In this document: one piece after another, positions 53,204-62,206 of the stretch
Position numbering within the stretch: the first letter of the stretch is position 1
Layout: the number at the start of each line of letters is the position of its first letter
From: Phycisphaerales bacterium
GTDB lineage: Bacteria; Planctomycetota; Phycisphaerae; UBA1845
Assembly: GCA_003597935.1 (NCBI GenBank)
Contig: QZJT01000039.1
Coordinates: 8,336 to 72,335, forward strand
Length of the DNA: 64,000 nucleotides
Direction: 5' to 3'
Notes under the pieces: model-generated
What the model was told of the DNA's origin: nothing
What the model saw: only the letters and a program-made list of their open reading frames with translations
Databases searched by the model: none
Position numbers and translations under genes: made by a program

Positions 53204-55051
53204 CTACTGCGTCATGGCGCTCAGTTTGTCCGCCAGTCCCGACAGGCGGTCGCGCGCGGCGCGAAACGGCTCGATCATCGGCGCCAGCACCTCGTGCAGG
53301 AGGACGGCGTCGATCCGATCGGCCAGCGGCGACTCGCCGGACTGTGCCTGGCGGGCCGTGCGCACGTCACGCAAAGCACGGGTGAACATCGCGGTCAGGA
53401 TCACCACGTACACGGCCGCCACTACCGCCAGCCCGGCGAGCAGTCTGGCCGCGCCCAGCGCCGCCACCACCCGGTACAGGCCGTGGAGCACGCTCAGCGT
53501 CCCCTGCAACGCCGCCATCTCCAGCACGCCTTCCAGTACCGGCTGCACCAGGGGAAACCAGATCAGCACAACCCAGATCGCGGCGCGCTGCCAGCGCTTC
53601 GAGGGCGCTTGATCCCCGTGGATGCCTTCGAGGAAACGCTCGCGCATCTGCGCTCCAAGCTCCGCCAGCGCCGCCGCGGCCTGTGCCACGAGGTCGCTCG
53701 TCGAGGGCCGATCGTCGGCGATGCGGAGACGTTCGACCACGACGCTCTGCTCGTCGAGGAGGCGCGAGCGAAGGGCGTCGATGCGTTCCGGCAGACTCGC
53801 ACCGTCGATGCGGAAGGCGTCGTCGCCGATCCTGTCCGGCGATGCTTCGGCCGTCGACGAAAAACGCCTCCCCAGCAGCCGCGGCAGCCAGCCGAACAGT
53901 CGATAGACGACGCTCAGCACCGGCCAGTCCGCCACGCGGCGTTCGAGCAACTCGTGCGCCAGCTCAGCGGTGGGCGGCAGGCGGCTGAAGAGCTTCGCCC
54001 CCACCGCGGCGCAGTACTCCGGGCCGAACCCGGCGTTGAGCAGAGACTGCTGATAAGCGGCGTCACACGCGCCGCCGAGCAGCTCGAGGCTCTCGTCGAG
54101 GCGATAATGCGCCCGCACCGCGTCGGCGTTGACGCGGCGCTCGACGCGCTCGTTGGCCTGTTTGATCTGTGCGGCTTCCTCTTCGCTGACCGGGCTCATC
54201 ACCGCGGCGCGGAGCCGTTCGAACTCGCGGCGCGCCAGCCGCGCCACCCGCACGACGGACTCGCGGTCTTCGTCGTATTTCTCCCAGTCCAGATCGTCCC
54301 ACAGCCAGGCGATGCGGGCGGCGAACTCGTCCTCGGGGACGTACTTGGCGGCGATGACGAAGCGGTGTTCGTCGCTCTGAGCGCATCCGGCGGACGCCAG
54401 GGACTCGGCCAGCCACGCGTGCTGACTGCGCCAGAAGGCATCGGCCGGGTGGCCGTTGCCGCCCTCGAAGGGGTCGGCGTCGGTGAGGAGTTCATCCAGC
54501 TTGTTGAGCACGCAGTGGACGTTGTCGGGGTCTTTGATGACCCTGCGGAACATCCCGGCCCACAAGCGGTCGCCCACCTTGCGCGGCGTCATGACCCACA
54601 GCACCCGGTCGAGCAGCGGGGCGACCGCCTTGACCTGCTTCTGGTGGTCGGTGAACTCGCTGTCGAAGTCAGGCAGGTCGATCAGCACGACGTTGCGGAC
54701 GGCGTCGGCCTCGTGCTCGGTGACGTCGATGGGAGTGATCGCCTCGATGGCCGCCAGGCGCGTCGCCACGCCCGGCCGGGCGTCGCGGTGGACGTAGGCC
54801 ATTGGCCGTCGCGTGCCCTCGCCCACCTCCTCGTCGTCCACGGAGACATCGCGCTGGGCCAGGGCGTTGATCAGCGTGCTCTTGCCGACGTCCTTTCCGC
54901 CCAGGATGCCGCAGACGACCAGCGAATCACCCAGCGCCCGGGCGGCGCCGCAGGTCAGCGACAGGGGCGCGACGTGAAAGACGTCCGCCAGGGCCGCGTT
55001 GACGGCGTCCAGCGAGTCGGGGGGGGGGTGAATGTCCTGGGTCTGGGACAT
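53204..55051 (-). CDS. Dynamin-like/TRAFAC GTPase with C-terminal TM helices
   Basis: G1 GGKDVGKST, G2 GT, G3 DLPD, G4 NKLD; helical region and two TM segments. Confidence 0.8.
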   Translation of the reverse strand: MSQTQDIHPPPDSLDAVNAALADVFHVAPLSLTCGAARALGDSLVVCGILGGKDVGKSTLINALAQRDVSVDDEEVGEGTRRPMAYVHRDARPGVATRLAAIEAITPIDVTEHEADAVRNVVLIDLPDFDSEFTDHQKQVKAVAPLLDRVLWVMTPRKVGDRLWAGMFRRVIKDPDNVHCVLNKLDELLTDADPFEGGNGHPADAFWRSQHAWLAESLASAGCAQSDEHRFVIAAKYVPEDEFAARIAWLWDDLDWEKYDEDRESVVRVARLARREFERLRAAVMSPVSEEEAAQIKQANERVERRVNADAVRAHYRLDESLELLGGACDAAYQQSLLNAGFGPEYCAAVGAKLFSRLPPTAELAHELLERRVADWPVLSVVYRLFGWLPRLLGRRFSSTAEASPDRIGDDAFRIDGASLPERIDALRSRLLDEQSVVVERLRIADDRPSTSDLVAQAAAALAELGAQMRERFLEGIHGDQAPSKRWQRAAIWVVLIWFPLVQPVLEGVLEMAALQGTLSVLHGLYRVVAALGAARLLAGLAVVAAVYVVILTAMFTRALRDVRTARQAQSGESPLADRIDAVLLHEVLAPMIEPFRAARDRLSGLADKLSAMTQ

Positions 55052-55101
55052 GATGTCAGTTCAGCCGAACGTTGCGACTAATGGAAGCGATGAACGTCGA
55101 A

Positions 55102-55241
55102 GGGCGAATGGCGAATGTCGAGTGTCGAATGGCGAACCTTGCACGTCGAATGTCGAATGGCGAATGTTGCATGTCGAATGGCGAACGTCGAATGGCGAAT
55201 GTTGCATGTCGGATGTCGAATGTCGAATGTTGAATGGCGAT
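55102..55241. repeat. 7-bp short tandem repeat (GAATGTC/GAATGGC), about 20 degenerate units
   Basis: Read directly from the sequence. Confidence 0.9.
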
Positions 55242-55335
55242 TAACGAGTGCAGAACCAAGCGACGTGAGTCCAGTACGGCAGGCGCCACCGCGATCCCTG
55301 ACATCGAACGGCACATGGTGTCCAATGATTCCGGC

Positions 55336-55786
55336 GCCCCGGAGGGGCGAAGGCTTGTAGCCACGGGTGGAGCGCAGGCCGCGCCAGCGGCCGAAGCGGA
55401 ACCCGTGGAAAGCGGCGCGTCTCCCCCCCCCGCCCTGGAGGGGCGAAGGCTTGTAGCCACGGGTGGAGCGCAGGCCGCGCCAGCGGCCGAAGCGGAACCC
55501 GTGGCAAGCGTGCCCTTTTTTCTCTTTCCGCCCCGGAGGGGCGGAGGAGGCTGAGCGCAGCAATCGTCGGCGCGCAGTCGTGTCACGCCCAAAAGCTGCA
55601 ATGACCCAACTGCGGTGGATGTATCAGATTGCGTAACCATCGCTGATGATGAGTTCATACTATCGTATCACAACTCGATCGGTGAACGCTTCCTCCGCCC
55701 CTTCGGGGCGGTGGTATTCTTCTCTCTCGCTCCCACGGGTTGCGCTGCGCGCCACCCGTGGCTGCACGCCTCGGCCCCTCCGGGGC
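55336..55786. mobile_element. Non-autonomous MITE/REPIN-like element with duplicated left arm
   Basis: Two about 73-bp direct copies (55336-55408, 55432-55504) of GCCC[CT]GGAGGGGCGAAGGCTTGTAGCCACGGG...ACCCGTGG, an inverted right arm (about 55692-55786) and a lower-GC core. No transposase. Confidence 0.6.
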
Positions 55787-55891
55787 CAGTGGACGGTCGC
55801 GCATGGATCTCCGAACCGTCCCATTCATTGGTGCAGTCTCCCGCACTCGAGACTCCGCGCGGTCTGAAGCCCGCGGCTCGCTTCCGTTCAA

Positions 55892-57673
55892 TCATCGCTC
55901 TTTGCTCACTACCTCCAGCGCCTCCAGCAACGGATCCGCCGCCGCGATGACCAGGTCTCGGGCCTGATCGAGGTGCTGCGCCGCCAGGGCTTCTCCGAGC
56001 TGGGTAACGGTCGCGACGAAGTCCGCCGCCGCGCGAGTCACGGCGGTGAACTCCGGCGTTCCGATCAGCTTCTCGCGCACCACCGCGGCCAGCCGCCCGG
56101 CCTGCTTGCCGACCAGGGCGCCGGTGCCGGCCAGGGCGGCCAGCTTGCCGACCGACGCCCAGACGGCGCCGGCCGCGGCCGGCACGGTGAGCGCCCCCAC
56201 CGGACCCTGCACGGCGATCAGCACCATAGCCAGCCCGATTGCCCCCGCCCCGGCCGCACCGGCGAAGTTGGGCGCCAGGCCGGCGCACTCGCGCTCGACC
56301 TTTTCATGCCAGCCCTTCAAGGCGGCGTCAACGGCCAGGGCGCGCTCACGCACGCGCCGTTCGGTGTCTTCGTTCCACGCGACGTGGACCGGCCGCGCGT
56401 CCACCTTCGTCCAGTGCTTCACTTCGTGCCAGAATCGGCTGGTCCTGGCCGCGCGGTTCAGATCGTGCGCCACCCGCACGAGGTGTTTCTCCACGTATGC
56501 CCGCGCCAGTGCGACCCGATCGTCCGAAACGAGCGACTCGACCGGTGCGTGGGCCGGCGCGCGGCCGCTCACCGCCACCCTCACCAGCGGCACCTTGTGC
56601 AGGACGGCTTCGATGCGTTGACGCTGGTCCGTCAGCCACTGCCGCGTCTGCCGCAGCCGCAGTACGCGCGACACCCAGTCGAGGTGTTCGCGCTCACGGC
56701 GGTTCATCAGCGCCGTGGCGCAGTCCCAGGGAGAAGGCGCCAGCCGCCGCAGCACGTCGCCGAGCGTCGCCTCGAGCTTGCTCATTCGCGCCGCACGCTC
56801 AGCGTTCTGGTTGAGCGCGTCCGTGCAGCCTTGGGCGACGAAGGCCGTCAGTTTTCGCGTGCGCGGCCGGGGTGGGCGGGCCAGCAGCGCCGCCACTTCG
56901 TCGAGCGTGCCCGGCGGAAACCGGCAGAACCCGCGGCCGCGGCGGAATTCCAGGATGGTGGCATGTTCCGCCCCCAGCCGCTCGGCCTGCTGCTCCAGCA
57001 GGCGGCGATCGGAATCGGCCAGGTCGCCTTCCTGCGTGCGGTTGAACAGGGCGATGCGCGTCTGACCGAAGCGCGCCGAGTGGCGCCTCAGTTGAGAGAT
57101 GGTCTGACGATCGAACCACCGCTCATGGTCGATCACCACGATGAGCCGATCGAACCACGGCAGCAACCGCAGCGTGACGTCTCCTTCCAGCCGGGCCGCT
57201 TCCGAGGTGAAGTCCGGCGTATCGAAAAGCAGCACGTCGGCCAGGGCGTCGAAGTCGTGAAACAGGACGCAAAGGCCGTCCAGGTCTCCGGGCGTGTTGT
57301 CGTCCAGGTCGATGCAGCGCCGGGCGGCGCCTGCCAGCAGCCCGTCGTCAGCCAGCAGCGCCGACACCCGCGCTCGCTTCGATTCATGCACCGCCAGGAC
57401 CGGTCCGAGCGTCGCATGCCCCCTGGCGGTGACGCGGCTGACCAGACGACCCTCGAGCAGATTGTTGAACACGGTGCTCTTGCCCGAAGACGCTCCGCCG
57501 ACCACGGCGCACAAGGTCAGACCTTCCAGCACTTCGTCCGGCAGGCTGAGGCGCCGGGCCGCCTCGCGGTGCTGCTGCGACCAGTCGAAGCGCCATCGGC
57601 TCGACAAATCGGCGCCTCGCGACGCAAGCGTCTCGAGGGCCTGCCGGAACTGAGTTGGCGTCGGCTCCCTCAC
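55892..57673 (-). CDS. Second dynamin-like/TRAFAC GTPase
   Basis: G1 GGASSGKST, G3 DTPD, G4-like NRTQ, hydrophobic C-terminal hairpin. GTG start. Confidence 0.78.
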   Translation of the reverse strand: MREPTPTQFRQALETLASRGADLSSRWRFDWSQQHREAARRLSLPDEVLEGLTLCAVVGGASSGKSTVFNNLLEGRLVSRVTARGHATLGPVLAVHESKRARVSALLADDGLLAGAARRCIDLDDNTPGDLDGLCVLFHDFDALADVLLFDTPDFTSEAARLEGDVTLRLLPWFDRLIVVIDHERWFDRQTISQLRRHSARFGQTRIALFNRTQEGDLADSDRRLLEQQAERLGAEHATILEFRRGRGFCRFPPGTLDEVAALLARPPRPRTRKLTAFVAQGCTDALNQNAERAARMSKLEATLGDVLRRLAPSPWDCATALMNRREREHLDWVSRVLRLRQTRQWLTDQRQRIEAVLHKVPLVRVAVSGRAPAHAPVESLVSDDRVALARAYVEKHLVRVAHDLNRAARTSRFWHEVKHWTKVDARPVHVAWNEDTERRVRERALAVDAALKGWHEKVERECAGLAPNFAGAAGAGAIGLAMVLIAVQGPVGALTVPAAAGAVWASVGKLAALAGTGALVGKQAGRLAAVVREKLIGTPEFTAVTRAAADFVATVTQLGEALAAQHLDQARDLVIAAADPLLEALEVVSKER

Positions 57674-57685
57674 TCGGTCACGCCC

Positions 57686-58870
57686 TCATCCCCTGCCGCC
57701 TGCCGCGGCCAGGCGGTTCAGGGCCGCCTCCGCCTGGTCGAACTCGCGGAAACGCCGCTCGTCGCGCTTGAAGGCGGGCGTGTGGGCGTTCGACCGGCAG
57801 GCCGACCAGACCAGCCCGTGCTTCTTGTGCAGCAGTTCATGGTACATCACGAAGTCCACCGCGTACGGCGGCGCCAGCGGATGATCGAGGGTGCAACTGA
57901 TCATCACGGTGTCGCGGACGTGGTCATAGTGGCCCAGCTTGCGATGAGTGAACGTCCGGTTCCACGTCAGCCGGGGACGGTCCATCCCCGCCTCGAAGTA
58001 GTCCCGGTTGACGCGCTCGAATGAGTGAGCCAGGTCGTGATACACGCCGCGCGTCTGTTCCACCACGCCGCCCAGCGCCTCCAGCTCGGCGTCGGCGCTC
58101 TGATACGCCTCAGACTGAGTCGCCTCGATCAGCGCCTGCCGCGCCCTGCCGCGGTCGAACATGTCGCGGACCAGCAGCGCAAACTCTTCGTCGGAGAACG
58201 TGAACATCGGCGTGGGCAGGCTGACGCGGGTGCCGTCTTCCTGGCCGCGCAGGCGGAACAGGCCGCTGATCGGCGCGAACTCGATCCGCGCCGGCGGAGC
58301 GAACCGGCCGGACAACACCAGTGCCGGGTCGAGCATCGCACCCAGACGGCGCATCGCCTGGACGTACTGGGCGAGGTTGGGTTCATCACGAAAAAAGGCC
58401 AGCCACCCGCGGGCAGCCCGCGATCGGGATTGCATTTCCTCAGGTCGAATCCGGTCCCCTCCGATGCAGCGCTCGACCCATTGGCTGAGCTTCACGATCC
58501 GCGCGTGCAGGTTCGCGGTCGCGGCCGGATCGCCGGCGCGGGCCAGATCCTCGATGATGCCCTGCCAACGCGACCACAGACCGGGAAAGGTGAAGCTGCG
58601 CGTGCGCCGCGCGGCCGTGGACGGATCGGCCACGGTGGTGATCTTGTCGAAATCCACGCCCGCCAGATAGGCGTACGCACGGCGGGTGGGCGTCGGCAGC
58701 GCGTCGATCCGGGCGCGATGGTGGGCCAGGATGCTGTCGACCGTGCGAATCGTGTGGCGGACGCGCCGTTGGATCTGCGCCAGCCGCGCCGCCGTGGTCG
58801 GTCCGGCGGCCAGCTCGCGGCGGATGGCGTTGGCGACGCGGACCACTCCGTTGATCCTCAGTTGGGGCAT
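57686..58870 (-). CDS. SprT/YgjP-like zinc metalloprotease with N-terminal extension
   Basis: FERVNRDYF, LGHY, VMYHELLH and HTPAF motifs. Confidence 0.78.
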   Translation of the reverse strand: MPQLRINGVVRVANAIRRELAAGPTTAARLAQIQRRVRHTIRTVDSILAHHRARIDALPTPTRRAYAYLAGVDFDKITTVADPSTAARRTRSFTFPGLWSRWQGIIEDLARAGDPAATANLHARIVKLSQWVERCIGGDRIRPEEMQSRSRAARGWLAFFRDEPNLAQYVQAMRRLGAMLDPALVLSGRFAPPARIEFAPISGLFRLRGQEDGTRVSLPTPMFTFSDEEFALLVRDMFDRGRARQALIEATQSEAYQSADAELEALGGVVEQTRGVYHDLAHSFERVNRDYFEAGMDRPRLTWNRTFTHRKLGHYDHVRDTVMISCTLDHPLAPPYAVDFVMYHELLHKKHGLVWSACRSNAHTPAFKRDERRFREFDQAEAALNRLAAAGGRG

Positions 58871-59035
58871 GGCGACAGTGTAGTGGACGACCAGCGTACC
58901 CCCAAGCGCCAGCGCGCCGCCCGCCGCCTCGCCAGCGCGCCGCCGCTACCACGCCCGTGTGCCACCATCACGGGCGTGCGCCGCTGCCACGCCGTCGCGT
59001 GGAGTTGCCCGGCCGCACGCCCGGGCGTCGAGTTC

Positions 59036-59080
59036 GTCCATAAAGTCCATCCCGTCCATAGAGTCCATCCAGTCCATTTC
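59036..59080. repeat. 9-bp tandem repeat (GTCCATnnn)x5
   Basis: Same unit as 20397-20477. Confidence 0.85.
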
Positions 59081-59216
59081 TGCGCCGCCTGCAACACCCC
59101 CCTGCCATGCCGCCGCCGGAATCCTATAATGCCACTGGGCGTGCCCGGGCCCTGAAACGCCGTCGCCGCCGCGACGCGACTGCCGCGCCGCGCGATGCGC
59201 CGGGCAGGATGCAGCC

Positions 59217-60335
59217 ATGTCCGCCACCGTCCAGCTCCGCAATCTGCTTGTCGACCGTTCCATGCCCTCGGCGCCCGAACTCGAGATACGCCTGGTGGAC
59301 AACTGGGTCCGCTGCGTCGCCTGTGGTCACCGCTGCCGCATCAAGCCGGACGGCGCCGGCGTCTGCCGCGTCCGCTTCAACCGCGACGGTCGCCTGCGGG
59401 CGCCCTTCGGCTACGTGGCGGGCCTGCAAGTCGACCCGATCGAGAAAAAGCCCTTCTTTCACGCCTTTCCGGGCCGCGACGCCCTGTCGTTCGGGATGCT
59501 CGGCTGTGATTATCATTGCAGCTACTGCCAGAACTGGGTCACCAGCCAGGCGCTGCGCGACGATCAGGCGGTAGCCAGACCGCGGTTCTGCCAACCCGAG
59601 ACGCTCATCGACCTGGCCCGGCAGCGCGGGGCGCCGGTGATGGTGAGCACCTACAACGAACCGCTGATCACGGCGGACTGGGCGGTCGAAGTCTTCCGCG
59701 GCGCCCGCGCGGCCGGCATCCGCTGTGGCTTCGTCAGCAACGGCAACGCTACGCCTGAAGTACTCGGATACATCCGGCCGTACGTGGACCTCTACAAAGT
59801 GGACCTCAAGGGCTTCGACGACCGGCAATACCGCAGGCTGGGAGGCACGCTGGACAACGTGCTGGCCACCATCGCCCGGCTCATCGAGATGGATTTCTGG
59901 GTAGAGGTCGTCACGCTCATCGTGCCCGGCTTCAACGATGGCGACGAGGAATTGACGGCGATCGCCGAATTCCTGGCCGGCGTGTCGGCGAACATTCCCT
60001 GGCACGTCACCGCGTTTCACCCGGACTACAAGATGACCGACCCGCCCGCCACGCCGGTATCTACGCTGATCCGGGCCTACGACATCGGCCGCACCGCAGG
60101 GCTGCGCTTCGTCTACGCCGGGAACATCCCCGGCGCGGTCGGCGAACGGGAGGACACCTGCTGCCCGGATTGCGGCCAGACGCTCATCCGCCGCCGCGGC
60201 TTCTACGTGCTGGAAAACCGCCTGACGGACGGACGCTGCCCGTCCTGCGCCGCCACGATCCCCGGCGTGTGGGAAGACGCCCCGCCGAAGCGCTCCACGG
60301 GTACGGGCATCCCGCTGCCGGTGGCGCTGGCGTAG
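59217..60335 (+). CDS. amrS: AmmeMemoRadiSam system radical SAM enzyme
   Basis: CVACGHRC...GVCRVR, DPIEKKP, CDYHCSYC (CxxxCxxC), TYNEP, FHPDY, YAGN, C-terminal CxxC pairs. Confidence 0.9.
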   Translation: MSATVQLRNLLVDRSMPSAPELEIRLVDNWVRCVACGHRCRIKPDGAGVCRVRFNRDGRLRAPFGYVAGLQVDPIEKKPFFHAFPGRDALSFGMLGCDYHCSYCQNWVTSQALRDDQAVARPRFCQPETLIDLARQRGAPVMVSTYNEPLITADWAVEVFRGARAAGIRCGFVSNGNATPEVLGYIRPYVDLYKVDLKGFDDRQYRRLGGTLDNVLATIARLIEMDFWVEVVTLIVPGFNDGDEELTAIAEFLAGVSANIPWHVTAFHPDYKMTDPPATPVSTLIRAYDIGRTAGLRFVYAGNIPGAVGEREDTCCPDCGQTLIRRRGFYVLENRLTDGRCPSCAATIPGVWEDAPPKRSTGTGIPLPVALA

Positions 60336-60379
60336 GCTCGCGCAGCCGATTCCGCAAGGTCATTCGCTCAGCGTTGAAC

Positions 60380-60417
60380 AAAAAAAGGGCGGCCGGCTCC
60401 GAAGAGCCGGCCGCCCT
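60380..60417 (-). terminator. Intrinsic terminator of 60465-61601 (possibly bidirectional)
   Basis: AGGGCGGCCGGCT/AGCCGGCCGCCCT stem plus T7 on the minus strand, between convergent genes. Confidence 0.82.
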
Positions 60418-60464
60418 CTAAAGTCGGCAGCGCCCTGCACGAGCGCGCCCGGGTTCAAGCGCTG

Positions 60465-61601
60465 CTAGCCGCAGCTATCGCGCTTGCCCTTGATCTTCTT
60501 GCAGAAGCCGTCGCCGCCGTCCGGGCAGTCGATCTTCTTGACCTTGATCTTCTTGGCGCAGTCGCCCACTTCCTCGCAGGCCTCGCCGGAGTCGTAGAGA
60601 TCGCCCTTGGCCGGGCAACTGTCGCACTTCTTCGCCTTGGAGTCCTTCTTCAGGGCGTACTGGCAGGCATCGCCGCCGCCACCGGTTCCGATCAGGACGA
60701 ACGGCCGGTCGCTCGGGGCGCCGGAGCACCCGTCGACGTTCGCCGCCCAGGCGCCGCTGGACACCGTGAAGAACCGGCTGTTGTCAGTCTGCGGATTGCC
60801 CGGGGCGGAAACGGGCAGCCACGGGCCGGAAGCGCCCTGTCCGCGGGTGGCGAACTCGATCCAGTAGGTACCGGCCTCGAGCGGGTCGAGCCAGCTCATG
60901 TCGAAGGACACGGTCTTGATCACCCGGGCCTGGTCCAGCGGGGTGGCCGGGTTCACGCGGTTGGCGTGCGAGTACTCGCTGGTGCCCATCAGGCGGTTGG
61001 TGATCATATCGCCGCCGATGATGTTGCCGCCCCCGCCGGGGACGCCATCGTAGATCTGGATGTAGATCTCGGTGATGAGCTGCTCGCGCGTCGCGCCGGT
61101 CTGGTAGATCCAGGTGATCCCCTGCGCGATGTCCCACGTCTGGCCCTCCGGCACGACGAAGTCGTCGGCCTGGTGGAAGGCCGTCACCAGCGTGTTGTTG
61201 CCGAACGTGCAGTTGGGAGGCTCAAAGGCGGAGATGTCCTCGCCGTTGATGCCCAGGCCGCCCTGCACGAAGATGTCGTCGGCGCCGTTGTTGACGAGCA
61301 CGTCATTCTCGCCCGTCCCGCCGTTGCAGTACCGCTTGTTCCCGTTCGGGTCCTCCTCGCAGGCGGCGGCCACGTGCGTGCAGCCGGCCTGCACGCAGGA
61401 CACGCCGCCTTCGGCCTGCGCGAACACGCTGCACACGCAGTCGGCGGCGACGCTTGGCCCACCCGGAGTCGGCGCCGGCGAACTGAGCGTCGGCATCGCC
61501 TCGTCGTGGAGCAGGTCATCCGCGTACCGCGGCTGATCGGCCGACACCACGCCGGCCAGCGCCAGGCACGCCGCGACCGCACAACACTTCCTTACCAACA
61601 T
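60465..61601 (-). CDS. Secreted protein with CTD-A
   Basis: GGGAGG SD, signal peptide, passenger with ADDF...W and L-x-AGTYW motifs, CTD-A. Confidence 0.85.
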   Translation of the reverse strand: MLVRKCCAVAACLALAGVVSADQPRYADDLLHDEAMPTLSSPAPTPGGPSVAADCVCSVFAQAEGGVSCVQAGCTHVAAACEEDPNGNKRYCNGGTGENDVLVNNGADDIFVQGGLGINGEDISAFEPPNCTFGNNTLVTAFHQADDFVVPEGQTWDIAQGITWIYQTGATREQLITEIYIQIYDGVPGGGGNIIGGDMITNRLMGTSEYSHANRVNPATPLDQARVIKTVSFDMSWLDPLEAGTYWIEFATRGQGASGPWLPVSAPGNPQTDNSRFFTVSSGAWAANVDGCSGAPSDRPFVLIGTGGGGDACQYALKKDSKAKKCDSCPAKGDLYDSGEACEEVGDCAKKIKVKKIDCPDGGDGFCKKIKGKRDSCG

Positions 61602-62206
61602 CGCATTTCCTCCCAGCAAAGTCAGAGAGAACCGTAACGACGATGCACCTCGTCACACAACGAGGCGTCGCTAAAACGCTCGTTCTCGCGCGTCCACCCA
61701 GGAAAGAGATACCCCTTCTTGAGCGACGGCGCGCTCCGGCCAAAGCCGTCGCTTCCCCCGGGGACGTCACGTGCTTTCGTATGCCTGCGTACACAACCCG
61801 CCCGACCGCAAGCCCCGCGATCATGACAAGCCGTCATTCCACAGCCCGACGCACCCGGCGTCCGACCCTGGAACACGCAACCACACGAAAGCGCACCCCG
61901 TCGACGACCGTCGGCGAAATGGAGACCGACGTGTTTGGTCAACGGGCCGACATGAACGTTGCGCCAGCCACGGCGACTAGCGCGGGTGCCATGATACCAC
62001 AAGCGGGGCGTGCGATGCAAGGGCATTCCCTGGATGCGGGTCATCCGGCTCCGGGAACCGGTCCCACTGCGCCCGACTCGCGCCGCTGAGCTTCGCGGAC
62101 CCTGCCCTGCCCGCAAGGTCGGCCGACTGTCCGGAAAACCAGGCCAACGCCATCGAGGAACGGGCCGCCAGCCACGTGTCCGGGCCATATCGTACAGTTC
62201 CCTCCG

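Noticed and set aside
55032-55563. Small ORFs with periodic peptides (HSTFDIR, VECRM; also SIQSIK at 20356)
   Set aside because: They are translations of short tandem DNA repeats, with no independent coding evidence.
53294-58024. Long antisense ORFs (e.g. 53294..55081, 55973..58024, also 23373..25559, 11523..13442, 36618..38567)
   Set aside because: Shadow ORFs typical of high-GC DNA opposite well-supported genes, with no recognisable motifs.
61620-62200. Riboswitch, tRNA or other ncRNA in the long intergenic regions
   Set aside because: No recognisable consensus by eye; an Rfam cmscan would be needed.
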